Origin: Euryarchaeota archaeon RBG_13_57_23
Lineage (GTDB): Archaea > Thermoplasmatota > Thermoplasmata > UBA10834
Reading direction: 5' to 3'
Assembly (NCBI GenBank): GCA_001800675.1
Contig: MGVW01000035.1
Span: forward strand, 108,501-172,500
DNA: 64,000 nucleotides
Shown here: positions 6,473 to 15,624 of the stretch, piece by piece
Numbering within the stretch: the stretch's first letter is position 1
Layout: every line of letters begins with the position of its first letter
Program-made: the position numbers and the translations under genes
Notes under the pieces: model-generated
Databases searched by the model: none
What the model saw: the letters and a program-made list of their open reading frames with translations, nothing else
What the model was told of the DNA's origin: nothing

Positions 6473-8249
6473 TGCGCCCGGGACGCATCCGTATGTGCGC
6501 GCATGCGTCGCGCTAGCGCGCACAGGCGAGGCCCTGAGGGGAAGAGGAGGTTCTTTGACCAAGCCCGAGGATGCCTCGGAACTGTCGCACGCACTAGACC
6601 TCTCGAACCTGCCGATCGGATCAGATACCGTACTTGGTGCCTCGAGGGCGGCTGCACTGGTCGTCGGCTGTGCGTTCGCAGGCGCGTCGGCCGTTTGCAT
6701 GCTGGTCTTTGGCCTGAAGGACTCGCTACTGCTGATACTGATGACGATCATAGCTCCACTGCTGGTAGGCGAACTGGTCAAGAGCTACCCCAGGATGCTA
6801 TCCCGCAAGATCGCCTCCGAGGTGATCAAGGACTCTACTGGCGCGATCAGCCTCATGGTCATGAGCCTCAGGAGGGAACCGTCCCTTTCTCGTGCGATTG
6901 CTTTCTCGTGCACGAAGAAGGACCGGTTCTCAGTAGAGCTCAAGGCGTGTACCTGGGGAGTGATCATGGGACGATTCGCGAGCTTTGAGAACGCCCTCCA
7001 GAATCTCGGAGAACGCTGGTCGGAGTTCGGGAGCGAACTCAAGACGGCCGTGAACGCGCTGATAACGGCCTCCTGCGAGGCCACTGAAGACGGAAGGAGA
7101 AGGGCACTCGACAGAGCGAACAATGCTTCCGTTCTCGGCGTGAAGCGAAGGATTGAGGAATACGCTCTCTCGCTGTCGACTCCGAGCATGGTCATGTTCG
7201 GTCTCGCAATCCTGCTGCCTCTCATGGTTGGTTCACTTCTCCCGATGCTGTCGTGGGATGTCTGGACGGCCTCGTCGGGCGCGATCGGGCCGAACATGGG
7301 GACCAGCCCGATCGGCATGCCTCAGGTGGCGTTCATCATGAACGTCATGTTCCCGGCTATCGGGCTGCTGGTCGCTATGAGTTCTGTCACGAGACATCCC
7401 CTGGAATCACGGGACGGAAGGCCAGCGCTTACATCACGAACAACATGGAGGCTTATCGCCCCGTCCGTCTGCTGCACCATACTGTTTGTGACCTTGGCAA
7501 CCATCTGGCTCGAGGGCATCCAGAGAGCAGCTGCTATATTGATCGGCTCAGCCGTCCCCACGTCGATACTTCTCTTGTATCTCGGGAGAAGGGGGCCGGA
7601 CTCAACGCGAGGCGACCAGGAAGCGTCCGAAGAAGTCCTCTTCCGGACAGGCGCACGCATGGTAGAAGGAGAAAACTTCGAGTCTGCGATCTGCGAAGCG
7701 TGCAAGGGGCAGGATGGCGCGCCGCGGGCGTACATCGAGGGCAGCATCCTGGGTACCAGCTACGACAGGCCGGGCCCGAGTAGCGGCGCGAAGATGAATC
7801 GCGGTGCAGACGCCCAGGCGCTCGAGGCTTTGAACGTCGTCAAGGAAGCCGCCTCGAAGGACGAACGCGCCGCTGGATTGCTTGCCATGGACTTGGCAAC
7901 CTACATCCGAGAGCTGCGAGAAACAGAGCGCAGCCTGCGGAGCAGGCTGAAGCCCACGATAACGATGATGAAGATCACGAGCTTCGTGCTGGCGCCAGTG
8001 GTCCTCGGGGTCACATTCGCGATGTACATGACCCTTGGCGCAATCGCGGGGAGCGGCGCCGGGTCCCTGAACCCCGGCGTGTTCTTCCTGGTACTGGGGG
8101 CGTTCCTCGCAGAGTCCAATGCGGTGGTTCAATATTTCATATGGGGGATCGAAGGAAGGAGCTCGGGCGAGTCGCTGGCCTTCTCTCTGGGCTCCTGCAT
8201 CCTGGTGTCGGAGCTGCTGTTCGTCGCCACATCATTGATAGCTGGCTAG
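6453..8249 (+). CDS. polytopic platform protein, fused TadB/TadC (FlaJ/PilC-like, two T2SS-F-like halves)
   Basis: 598 aa with two similar cytoplasmic-domain-plus-TM-bundle units. Overlaps the ATPase stop by 20 nt. Confidence 0.75.
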   Translation: MRGRINSAPGTHPYVRACVALARTGEALRGRGGSLTKPEDASELSHALDLSNLPIGSDTVLGASRAAALVVGCAFAGASAVCMLVFGLKDSLLLILMTIIAPLLVGELVKSYPRMLSRKIASEVIKDSTGAISLMVMSLRREPSLSRAIAFSCTKKDRFSVELKACTWGVIMGRFASFENALQNLGERWSEFGSELKTAVNALITASCEATEDGRRRALDRANNASVLGVKRRIEEYALSLSTPSMVMFGLAILLPLMVGSLLPMLSWDVWTASSGAIGPNMGTSPIGMPQVAFIMNVMFPAIGLLVAMSSVTRHPLESRDGRPALTSRTTWRLIAPSVCCTILFVTLATIWLEGIQRAAAILIGSAVPTSILLLYLGRRGPDSTRGDQEASEEVLFRTGARMVEGENFESAICEACKGQDGAPRAYIEGSILGTSYDRPGPSSGAKMNRGADAQALEALNVVKEAASKDERAAGLLAMDLATYIRELRETERSLRSRLKPTITMMKITSFVLAPVVLGVTFAMYMTLGAIAGSGAGSLNPGVFFLVLGAFLAESNAVVQYFIWGIEGRSSGESLAFSLGSCILVSELLFVATSLIAG

Positions 8250-8268
8250 GCCGGAACTCGAGCCAAAA

Positions 8269-8829
8269 TCATTTCTTCGGTCTGGAGGCGATCTTCTCCA
8301 TGTTCCTCTCGAGGAGGGCGAGCTCCTTCTGGTCGAAGGCCCGCGGGTCCACCGGGATGATCATGATGGCCTGGCTCTGCGATATGTGATCGTTCACCTG
8401 GTCGATCGTCCGGAGCACCTTGTTGAAGTCGTTGTTCGACACGAGGTACTCGATCCCGTCAAGAAGTATGATCCCGCCCGCGTTGTCCTCCACGAACTGC
8501 ATGAGCGTGTGGGTCAGTATGCCCAGGTTGGTAGGGGAGATCACGTCCTGGCCTGCCCGAGTCGCGAGCCAGTATATCGGGGTGGTCTCGAGACCGTACT
8601 TCTGTCGTATCAGGTCAGAGTGCAGTCTGCTGACTGCCAACCCAACGGACTTCTTGCCGCCCGAATCGACCGTGGACACAATGTTCACGAACGCGTCGAA
8701 GCTGATGTCCGGAGGGGACTCTTCGACGACATACGAATGTCCAGGAGCGAGATCGTACTTTCTAGTGATGCCGAGGCCCTTCTCCCCGTCAGCCCTAGGA
8801 GCTCTCGCCTTCCTGGAGAACAAGGCCAT
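8269..8829 (-). CDS. DUF835 domain protein
   Basis: LAPGHSYVVEE ... AVSRLHSDLIRQKY ... PIYWLAT ... ISPTNLGIL ... GGIILLDGIEYLVSNNDFNKVLRTI ... AIMIIPVDPRAFDQKELALLE matches the DUF835 pattern as I recall it. Its start abuts the receiver-gene stop with no spacer. Confidence 0.7.
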   Translation of the reverse strand: MALFSRKARAPRADGEKGLGITRKYDLAPGHSYVVEESPPDISFDAFVNIVSTVDSGGKKSVGLAVSRLHSDLIRQKYGLETTPIYWLATRAGQDVISPTNLGILTHTLMQFVEDNAGGIILLDGIEYLVSNNDFNKVLRTIDQVNDHISQSQAIMIIPVDPRAFDQKELALLERNMEKIASRPKK

Positions 8830-9186
8830 TCAATCACTCCACATGGTGAGCACAGCGTTGAGGGCGATCTCGTTCGTTGGCTTGAGCAGGAAGTCCTTCG
8901 CCCCTGCCTCGAGCGCCTCTCGAATCATCTTCTTGTTGATTATCGAGCTCATAGCGATGATCTTGGCCTCATGGTTCACGGACAGCATGGACTTGGTGAG
9001 CTCCACGCCCGACTTGCCGGGAAGGATCATGTCCACGAACGATATCTCGGGCCTCTCCTTCCGGAAGACCTGCATTGCCTCGTCGTAGTCCTTCGCCTCC
9101 GTTGTGTCATGAAAACCGACGCGCACGAGCAGCTCGATCATCACCTTGCGGAAAGCCTCAGAATCGTCGACCACCAGTATCTTCAT
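8830..9186 (-). CDS. stand-alone response-regulator receiver (CheY-like REC)
   Basis: MKILVVDDSEAFRKV ... FVDMILPGKSG ... KIIAMSS ... GAKDFLLKP: acidic pocket DD, phospho-acceptor D, and conserved S/T and K. Confidence 0.9.
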   Translation of the reverse strand: MKILVVDDSEAFRKVMIELLVRVGFHDTTEAKDYDEAMQVFRKERPEISFVDMILPGKSGVELTKSMLSVNHEAKIIAMSSIINKKMIREALEAGAKDFLLKPTNEIALNAVLTMWSD

Positions 9187-9522
9187 CTTCTCACCATCGG
9201 CCTGTGTAAATCCACGTAAAACTATTTATGTTGTCGTTGAGGGGTGAGATGGGCAGGCAATTGTATTCCTGACGCAAGGCCCTTCCTCCAGTTCCTTTTG
9301 GAGCACGGCACCAATTCAGGTTGCGTGCATACATGGAAGGGACTTATATGCTACCCATCTCGGGTCAATATTGTTCGCCAGTCATCATAAACGTTGCCCC
9401 TTCCGAGCACGTACCTTTCGTGCCCGTTCCCCGGGGCAGTAGGGACAAACAATTATATACTGGCATGGGGATTATTCGGAAACGCCTTTTAGCTAGTGAG
9501 TTTTCAGTGACGGTGTTCTTTA

Positions 9523-10161
9523 ATGACGAACATTGAGGATGTCAAGAAGGGGACGACGACCATAGGCATGGTCTGTAAGGACGGGGTCGTTATGGCGACG
9601 GAGATGAGGGCCACGATGGGCACTCTGATCGCGCACAAGACCACTCAGAAGCTGTTCAAGATCGATGACAACATAGGACTCACGGTCGCAGGCGTCGTGG
9701 GGGACGCGCAGACTCTAGCGCGGTACATAACCGCCGAGGTTGAGCTATACAAGCTCAAGCGCGGGCAGCCCATGACCGTCAGGTCGGCCGCGACACTCAC
9801 ATCGAATATCCTCGCCGGAAGCAGGTTCTATCCGTACTGGGTGGGCCTGATCCTGGGAGGGATAGACAGAGACGGAAGCCATGTCTATGCTCTGGACATG
9901 GTCGGTGGAGCCATTCCGGACGACTATGTGACGACCGGATCGGGTTCGCCGTTCGTCTACGGCGTCCTTGAGGACCACTACGAGAAGGGATTGAGCGTCA
10001 GTGACGGCATGGATCTCGCCATAAGGTCGCTCCACGCTGCCATGAAGCGAGATGCTGCATCTGGCGACGGCTACTCCGTGGTGACGATAACGAAGGACGG
10101 GTTCAACCCGCTCGACGAGAAGGAGATCCAGAAACGTCTGTCGAAACTGAAGCTGACCTGA
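9523..10161 (+). CDS. psmB: proteasome beta subunit
   Basis: Propeptide then the active-site block GTTTIGMVCKDGVVMATEMRAT. 212 aa. Confidence 0.95.
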   Translation: MTNIEDVKKGTTTIGMVCKDGVVMATEMRATMGTLIAHKTTQKLFKIDDNIGLTVAGVVGDAQTLARYITAEVELYKLKRGQPMTVRSAATLTSNILAGSRFYPYWVGLILGGIDRDGSHVYALDMVGGAIPDDYVTTGSGSPFVYGVLEDHYEKGLSVSDGMDLAIRSLHAAMKRDAASGDGYSVVTITKDGFNPLDEKEIQKRLSKLKLT

Positions 10162-10225
10162 TTCACGAGCATAAGACCAAGGCGTTTCTGCCGAGAACAA
10201 CTTTAGACATAGCTGAGTGAGCTAG

Positions 10226-12139
10226 ATGGGCGTAGAGAAGATTCTAGAAGATGCAAGAGAGGCCGTTCGGAAGACGATACCGACCAACATCGAGATAACA
10301 GACATAGACTTCGAGGGGCCGGTCATCGTCATCTACACGAAGAACCTCGAGGAATTCGCGCACAACAACGACTTAGTGCGCCAGCTGGCGCAGGGCCTCA
10401 GGCGCAGGGTGGCCATCAGGCCAGACCCGACAATGCTCGCCAATACCGAGAACGCAGAGGAGCAAATTCGCAAGATCATCCCGGAAGAGGCGAAGATCAC
10501 AAACATCTACTTTGATGACGACAGCGGAGAGGTGACCATAGAGGCCATCTCACCGGGGCTCGTGATAGGCAAGCACGGCGCTGTCCTCAACGAGATCAAG
10601 AAGGAGATTGGCTGGGCCCCCAAAGTCGTCCGAGCACCTCCTATCCCTTCCAAGACGGTCAGCGAAATCCGTAACTACCTGCGGAAGATGCAGGATGAAC
10701 GGAAGGATTTCCTCCGGAAGGTCGGCAGGAAGCTGATGCGCCAGAGACTGAACGAGGAGACCTGGTTGAGGGTCACCTCACTAGGGGGCTACAGAGAGGT
10801 TGGCAGGAGCGCTTCGCTGCTGACGACCAGGGAGAGCAAGGTGCTCATCGACTGTGGAGTCGCAGTCAGCGCAGACAACGGCGGCTCGACCCCCTATCTG
10901 CATGCTCCCGAGCTCCAGCCCTTGGAATCATTAGACGCAGTTGTGGTCACTCACGCGCACCTCGACCACTGCGGACTCGTTCCGGCGCTGTTCAAGTATG
11001 GATATGAGGGACCGGTCTACTGCACAACTCCAACAAGGGACCTGATGTCGCTCCTCCAGCTGGACTTCATCAAGGTCGCCGTGGGAGAGGCGAAGAAGGC
11101 GCCTTACGAATCGTCCCATATCAGGGATGTTGTGCTTCACTGCATACCGCTCAAGTACGGGGAGACCACCGACATATCACCTGACGTCAGGCTCACCTTC
11201 CAGAATGCGGGTCACATCCTGGGATCGTCGATCGCGCACTTCCACGTGGGAGATGGCCTTTACAACATCGCATTCACGGGCGACATGAAGTTCGAGAAAT
11301 CGTGGCTGTTCAATCCAGCCGTCAACAAGTTCCCCAGGCTGGAGACCCTCGTCATTGAATCCACATACGGTGGTTACCACGACATGCAGCCGAGCAGGCA
11401 GGACGCGGGGAACCAGCTGAAGGAGATCGTCAGAACCACGTTGAACAGAGGCGGGAAGGTCCTCGTGCCTGTCTTCGCTGTCGGGAGGTCTCAAGAGGTC
11501 ATGCTAGTCCTTGAGGATCTGATGCGGAACCACCAGGTCCAGAAGGTGCCCGTGTACCTAGACGGGATGATCTGGGAGGCGACCGCGATCCACACCGCAT
11601 ATCCAGAATACCTCAACAGCCAGCTCCGGACGCAGATATTCCAGATGGGGGAGAACCCCTTCCTGTCCGACATATTCAAACGCGTTGACTCCTCGGAGAT
11701 GAGGGAGACTATCTGTCACGACCCAGAGCCGTGCGTCGTGCTCGCCACGAGCGGCATGATGAATGGCGGACCCGTCATGGAGTACTTCAAGGCCTGGTGC
11801 GACAACGAACTGAACACGATTGCGTTCGTCGGCTACCAGGCCGAGGGCACGATGGGTAGGAAGATACAGAAGGGATGGAGTGACATCAATCTGAACGAGC
11901 GCGGGAAGCCCATCCAGCTCCATGTCAAGATGGACATTGAGACCGTCGACGGATTCTCTGGTCACTCCGACCGAAGACAGCTCATCAACTACGTGAGCAC
12001 GCTCGAGCCCAGGCCAGAACGGATCATAATCTGCCACGGAGAGGATTTCAAGTGCTCTGACTTGGCGAGCACTCTGTACAAGAAATTCGGCATAGAGACG
12101 CGTGCCCCGTTGAACCTCGAGACCATCAGACTGAAGTGA
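10226..12139 (+). CDS. aCPSF1-type KH-domain / metallo-beta-lactamase / beta-CASP ribonuclease (archaeal termination factor family)
   Basis: 637 aa. N-terminal KH region (GLVIGKHGAVLNEIKKE), the HxHxDH motif as THAHLDHCG, and a C-terminal GHSD motif. Confidence 0.9.
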   Translation: MGVEKILEDAREAVRKTIPTNIEITDIDFEGPVIVIYTKNLEEFAHNNDLVRQLAQGLRRRVAIRPDPTMLANTENAEEQIRKIIPEEAKITNIYFDDDSGEVTIEAISPGLVIGKHGAVLNEIKKEIGWAPKVVRAPPIPSKTVSEIRNYLRKMQDERKDFLRKVGRKLMRQRLNEETWLRVTSLGGYREVGRSASLLTTRESKVLIDCGVAVSADNGGSTPYLHAPELQPLESLDAVVVTHAHLDHCGLVPALFKYGYEGPVYCTTPTRDLMSLLQLDFIKVAVGEAKKAPYESSHIRDVVLHCIPLKYGETTDISPDVRLTFQNAGHILGSSIAHFHVGDGLYNIAFTGDMKFEKSWLFNPAVNKFPRLETLVIESTYGGYHDMQPSRQDAGNQLKEIVRTTLNRGGKVLVPVFAVGRSQEVMLVLEDLMRNHQVQKVPVYLDGMIWEATAIHTAYPEYLNSQLRTQIFQMGENPFLSDIFKRVDSSEMRETICHDPEPCVVLATSGMMNGGPVMEYFKAWCDNELNTIAFVGYQAEGTMGRKIQKGWSDINLNERGKPIQLHVKMDIETVDGFSGHSDRRQLINYVSTLEPRPERIIICHGEDFKCSDLASTLYKKFGIETRAPLNLETIRLK

Positions 12140-12141
12140 CC

Positions 12142-13080
12142 TCAGTCCCTGACTCTGAGCCTCGACCCTTTCTTCCCGATCAGGACCACCCTGCTGTCCT
12201 CTCGCTCTCTTAGAACATCCAGAGACAGCTGTTCCGCCAATCTCGCCGAGAACTCCTTCACAGCTGAGTGGGAGGGCATGTTCGAGGCATTCATCCTTGT
12301 TCTAGAGTCTCCCACGAAGACATATCCTTTCGGTTCGATAAAAATCGGTCTCGCGATCTCGTCCAGGCGTGCGTACTCCTTCTCCCAGCCAAGGTTCCAA
12401 CCATCGATGAGAGTGTGCCTGATCACCGTCCTTGTGGACAGCGAGGGAAGCAACTCAAGCGTCCTCATGAGGTTCTCCCAGGCTCTGCCGGTCTGCGGAA
12501 CACAGAGTCGTTCGAAGAGCTCCCTGTTCGGGGCCGCAACTGTCACGTACAGCTGCGATGGCATGGTAGACAGCTCCTCCAGCGCTTTGGGAACAGAGCC
12601 GTTTGTGACGAGGAATGTGGTCATGCCCCTCCTTTTGCAGAGTTCAATGAACTCGCCAAGCATAGGGTACAGAGTAGGTTCGCCAGAGAGCGATATCGCG
12701 ACCTGGTTCGGCTCCCGCGCCTCTGTCCAGAGCTTCGGGTCGCACCGCGAATCGCCCTTGAAACCAGACACGAGGAGCGCCTGTTCCCTGACGCAATCTT
12801 CCAGAAGCTGCTCCGGTTCTGGATAGCCGGATTTCTCGAAACCAGTCATGCCGTGAAACCGCCAACAGAAGAGGCACCTGAAGTTGCATATGTTCACTGA
12901 AGGAGTCATCTGCATGCATCGGTGGGAGTCAATGCCGTAGAACTCCTCCTTGTAGCATGGACGGCCGTGTATCAGCTTCTGTCGCATCCAATGGCAGAGC
13001 TTGACCGCGCCAGTGTCACCTATGATGCGATACTGTTGTCGTTCCAGGTGCTCCTTGGTCCTGCTATCCAAATCATCCAC
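12142..13080 (-). CDS. taw1: tRNA 4-demethylwyosine synthase (Taw1/TYW1, radical SAM)
   Basis: CHWMRQKLIHGRPCYKEEFYGIDSHRCMQMTPSVNICNFRCLFCWR carries the radical-SAM CxxxCxxC plus the upstream auxiliary Cys typical of TYW1. Confidence 0.85.
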   Translation of the reverse strand: MDDLDSRTKEHLERQQYRIIGDTGAVKLCHWMRQKLIHGRPCYKEEFYGIDSHRCMQMTPSVNICNFRCLFCWRFHGMTGFEKSGYPEPEQLLEDCVREQALLVSGFKGDSRCDPKLWTEAREPNQVAISLSGEPTLYPMLGEFIELCKRRGMTTFLVTNGSVPKALEELSTMPSQLYVTVAAPNRELFERLCVPQTGRAWENLMRTLELLPSLSTRTVIRHTLIDGWNLGWEKEYARLDEIARPIFIEPKGYVFVGDSRTRMNASNMPSHSAVKEFSARLAEQLSLDVLREREDSRVVLIGKKGSRLRVRD

Positions 13081-13083
13081 ACC

Positions 13084-14475
13084 TCAGAAATCCTTCAGGG
13101 ACCGCTTCCCGTCCCTGGACTTGGAGCTGCGTTTTGCTGACGTCGCGTCATCATTCTCGCCCCCCAATTCTGACTTGATCTTGGTGACTATCTCCTGTAC
13201 CTGCGGAGAATCTGGGTCCGACCCGATTAGGAAGCCGATGTCATCTTCGTCCAGTCCGCACCTGGCGCCAAGACTCACCAGAAGCTGAGAGTCGTTGCGA
13301 GTGATTGCGGTCAGAAGCGGTAGCACTGACGAGTTGATGGCCCTTTTCGACATGTGCAGATGTCCTTCGAGCTTCGATGATATTGAATCTCGAATCGCCC
13401 TGGGTCCTTTGGCTCTCGAAAGCATCATGATATGCGATGGGAACCTGTATTCCTGGACATCGGGACGCGGGCCATGTCTTCTTGAGAGGGCAACGCCCCC
13501 GGTCATCATGTCCTTTGCATATGCCCAAAGAGCATAGTCCTTTGAGCGTCTTGTCCGACCCAAGTAGATGTCTGCTCGAGCAAGGGCGTCGAAAGCCTCT
13601 TCCATGTCTCCTGGATGCCTGAACTCCGAAGGTATGCTTTCCTCGATCCATTTGACGAGTTCATCTGGATCCATATCGAGGTCGAGAGTCGCGTCTCTCG
13701 CGCTCTTCAGAGTCTTGGCCCCGAACATCGCCCTTAGTGATCCATTCAGCTCCTTCAGTTGATTCCTCTTGCCCATCGCGTGCGAATCCATCAGGCCGAT
13801 CTCGTCCTTTCCCTCCACCATCATTTGAAGGTCGTTGACCGCCGCACGCATGTCGCCCCCGCAGTTCTCCGCTATCTTGATCAGAACATCTCGGTCGACG
13901 CGAACCTTCTCCTTGATGGCTATCGACTCAAGCACTGAAACGATGACCTTCGGATCCAGGCGATTGAATATGACACTCCCCGACAGCGTCTTGATGGCTG
14001 AGGCCCTCCTCGTGAGCTCGCGGTAGTCGTTGACGATGAGTATGATCGGCTGCCCAGAATCCCGGATTGTATCCACAATCGCCTTTGCCCCTCCGCGGTC
14101 TTGGTTCCCGAACAGGTTGTCTGCCTCATCGATGATCACGAGCTTCCGCTTTCCGTGAACTGAGGAGAGGAAGTCACCGTCTGGTGTGAAAGTCTGCGTT
14201 ACTGCGCCAGCACCGGCGACCTTCTGGATTGACGCAGCGTTCCTATGGTCGGATGCGTTCATTTCGATGAAATCCCATCCCATGTCGCGCGCAAGGGCCA
14301 GGGAAGCGCTCGTCTTTCCAATGCCTGGCTCCCCTCTCAGCACGAGCGCCTTGAGCCGTGGGGTTCCTCGCGCCCACGAATCGGCCCATCGCCTGATCAA
14401 GCGCACCGCGTTGTCATTCCCGATAATCTCGGATAGGGATTTCGGCCGATACTTCTCAGTCCATTCGTCCTGCAT
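13084..14475 (-). CDS. rfcL: replication factor C large subunit
   Basis: WTEKYRPKSLSEIIGND, Walker A GEPGIGKTS, DEADN. The C-terminal basic tail ends SLKDF (PIP-like). Confidence 0.9.
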   Translation of the reverse strand: MQDEWTEKYRPKSLSEIIGNDNAVRLIRRWADSWARGTPRLKALVLRGEPGIGKTSASLALARDMGWDFIEMNASDHRNAASIQKVAGAGAVTQTFTPDGDFLSSVHGKRKLVIIDEADNLFGNQDRGGAKAIVDTIRDSGQPIILIVNDYRELTRRASAIKTLSGSVIFNRLDPKVIVSVLESIAIKEKVRVDRDVLIKIAENCGGDMRAAVNDLQMMVEGKDEIGLMDSHAMGKRNQLKELNGSLRAMFGAKTLKSARDATLDLDMDPDELVKWIEESIPSEFRHPGDMEEAFDALARADIYLGRTRRSKDYALWAYAKDMMTGGVALSRRHGPRPDVQEYRFPSHIMMLSRAKGPRAIRDSISSKLEGHLHMSKRAINSSVLPLLTAITRNDSQLLVSLGARCGLDEDDIGFLIGSDPDSPQVQEIVTKIKSELGGENDDATSAKRSSKSRDGKRSLKDF

Positions 14476-14602
14476 CTGAACTGTGAGTTGCGCATCGCGT
14501 ATTATAGACTAATGCACAGCATCTGCGAAATTGCACAGAAAATTCTCGGGAAAGAGTCCCGGACATGTCTCACATAAAAAGAGATATGTAAAAGATATAA
14601 TG

Positions 14603-14630
14603 GGTAAAATAGTTTAGTTCACAACTAAAC
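14603..14630 (-). terminator. hairpin plus T-run overlapping the recombinase stop codon
   Basis: On the minus strand GTTTAGTT-GTG-AACTAAAC is followed by TATTTTACCC. Confidence 0.35.
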
Positions 14631-15329
14631 ATCATTCGGGACCACGAACGAGTTCGTGTGATTCGCAGAAGATGCTGGCACGACGACGCGCTCCGTTTCG
14701 GCGTGAGGCTCATCGCCTTCAGCCAGCTCCTCCATTCCGGGTAGTGGATGCTTCGAATACTCTTCCTTTCTGTCATCTATGTCCATGGTGAGATAGATGG
14801 CGGTGACTTCGATGCTGGAGTGACCCAGATTCTGCTGAAGAGTCCTTAGATCGATGCCCGATTTGAGCGCGAATACAGCGTGCGTGTGACGCAGCACGTG
14901 CGGATGCCTCTTATCTTTATCCAGACCTGTCCTGGCTCCGTAGTTCGCTACAAGCCGCTCCACCTGCCGGCGCGACAGCGGACCCCGCTTGTTGGAGACG
15001 AAAAGGGGATCCTTCCTGATCTTGCGGCTGCCTATGTAGTCCCTTAGCATCGACTTGGTCCAACTGTTGACCAACGGGACCTTGCGACCCTCCTCGTGCC
15101 TCTTCGCCTGCTGTATTGTGATCTCTCCCGACTCGAGGTCCACGTCACCGATTGTCAAGGAGCAGAGCTCGCCGACCCTCATCCCCGTTTCGTATAGAAG
15201 TTTGATGATGAGACGATCTCTCATCCGCTTAGGTGCCTCTAGCAGAGCTTTGAGCTCATCCTGCTTGAGATACTTGCGCATGCTAGCTACCCCATCCCTT
15301 CGTCTTCGGACGAATGTCCGACAAAGCAT
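14625..15329 (-). CDS. tyrosine recombinase/integrase, catalytic domain only (no N-terminal core-binding domain)
   Basis: Catalytic signature ETGMRVGEL (Arg), HVLRHTHA (His-x-x-Arg), LGHSSIEVTAIYL (His, Tyr). Only about 45 aa precede the first catalytic Arg. The likely start MRKYLKQ at 15281 is downstream of a TTTAAATA box (complement of 15341-15348). Confidence 0.85.
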   Translation of the reverse strand: MLCRTFVRRRRDGVASMRKYLKQDELKALLEAPKRMRDRLIIKLLYETGMRVGELCSLTIGDVDLESGEITIQQAKRHEEGRKVPLVNSWTKSMLRDYIGSRKIRKDPLFVSNKRGPLSRRQVERLVANYGARTGLDKDKRHPHVLRHTHAVFALKSGIDLRTLQQNLGHSSIEVTAIYLTMDIDDRKEEYSKHPLPGMEELAEGDEPHAETERVVVPASSANHTNSFVVPNDV

Positions 15330-15586
15330 TGGTTTGTGCCTATTTAAAAATGTCGCATTTTGTGTCCAAAATGCCCTCGACCGCTCTCCCCCTATTGAAA
15401 GCCCGCAAAAAGCGTCGCATTATACCCTATTTGTTGACGTTTCCGATACGGAGCACGAAAATCCCTCTCAACCCAGTAGTGTTGTCCATCTCAAACCGTG
15501 CTAATATCTAGCACTATATGCCCGAAAATACCAAGAAACCCCAGACGGAGGCGCGAAGAATCAGGATCCGCGAGCACCAATCGACC

Positions 15587-15624
15587 CTTGCCCCCTACGG
15601 GGGCAAGAGAAATCCCCCTTTTTC
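15587..15624 (+). terminator. orphan GC hairpin with alternative C5/G5/C5 pairing and a T5 run
   Basis: CTTGCCCCC-TAC-GGGGGCAAG (9-bp stem), then AGAGAAATCCCCCTTTTT. The G5 could pair with either C5. No convincing gene lies upstream on the plus strand. Confidence 0.35.

Noticed and set aside
8386-9219. 277-aa and 222-aa plus-strand ORFs
   Set aside because: They are antisense to the well-supported DUF835 and receiver genes.
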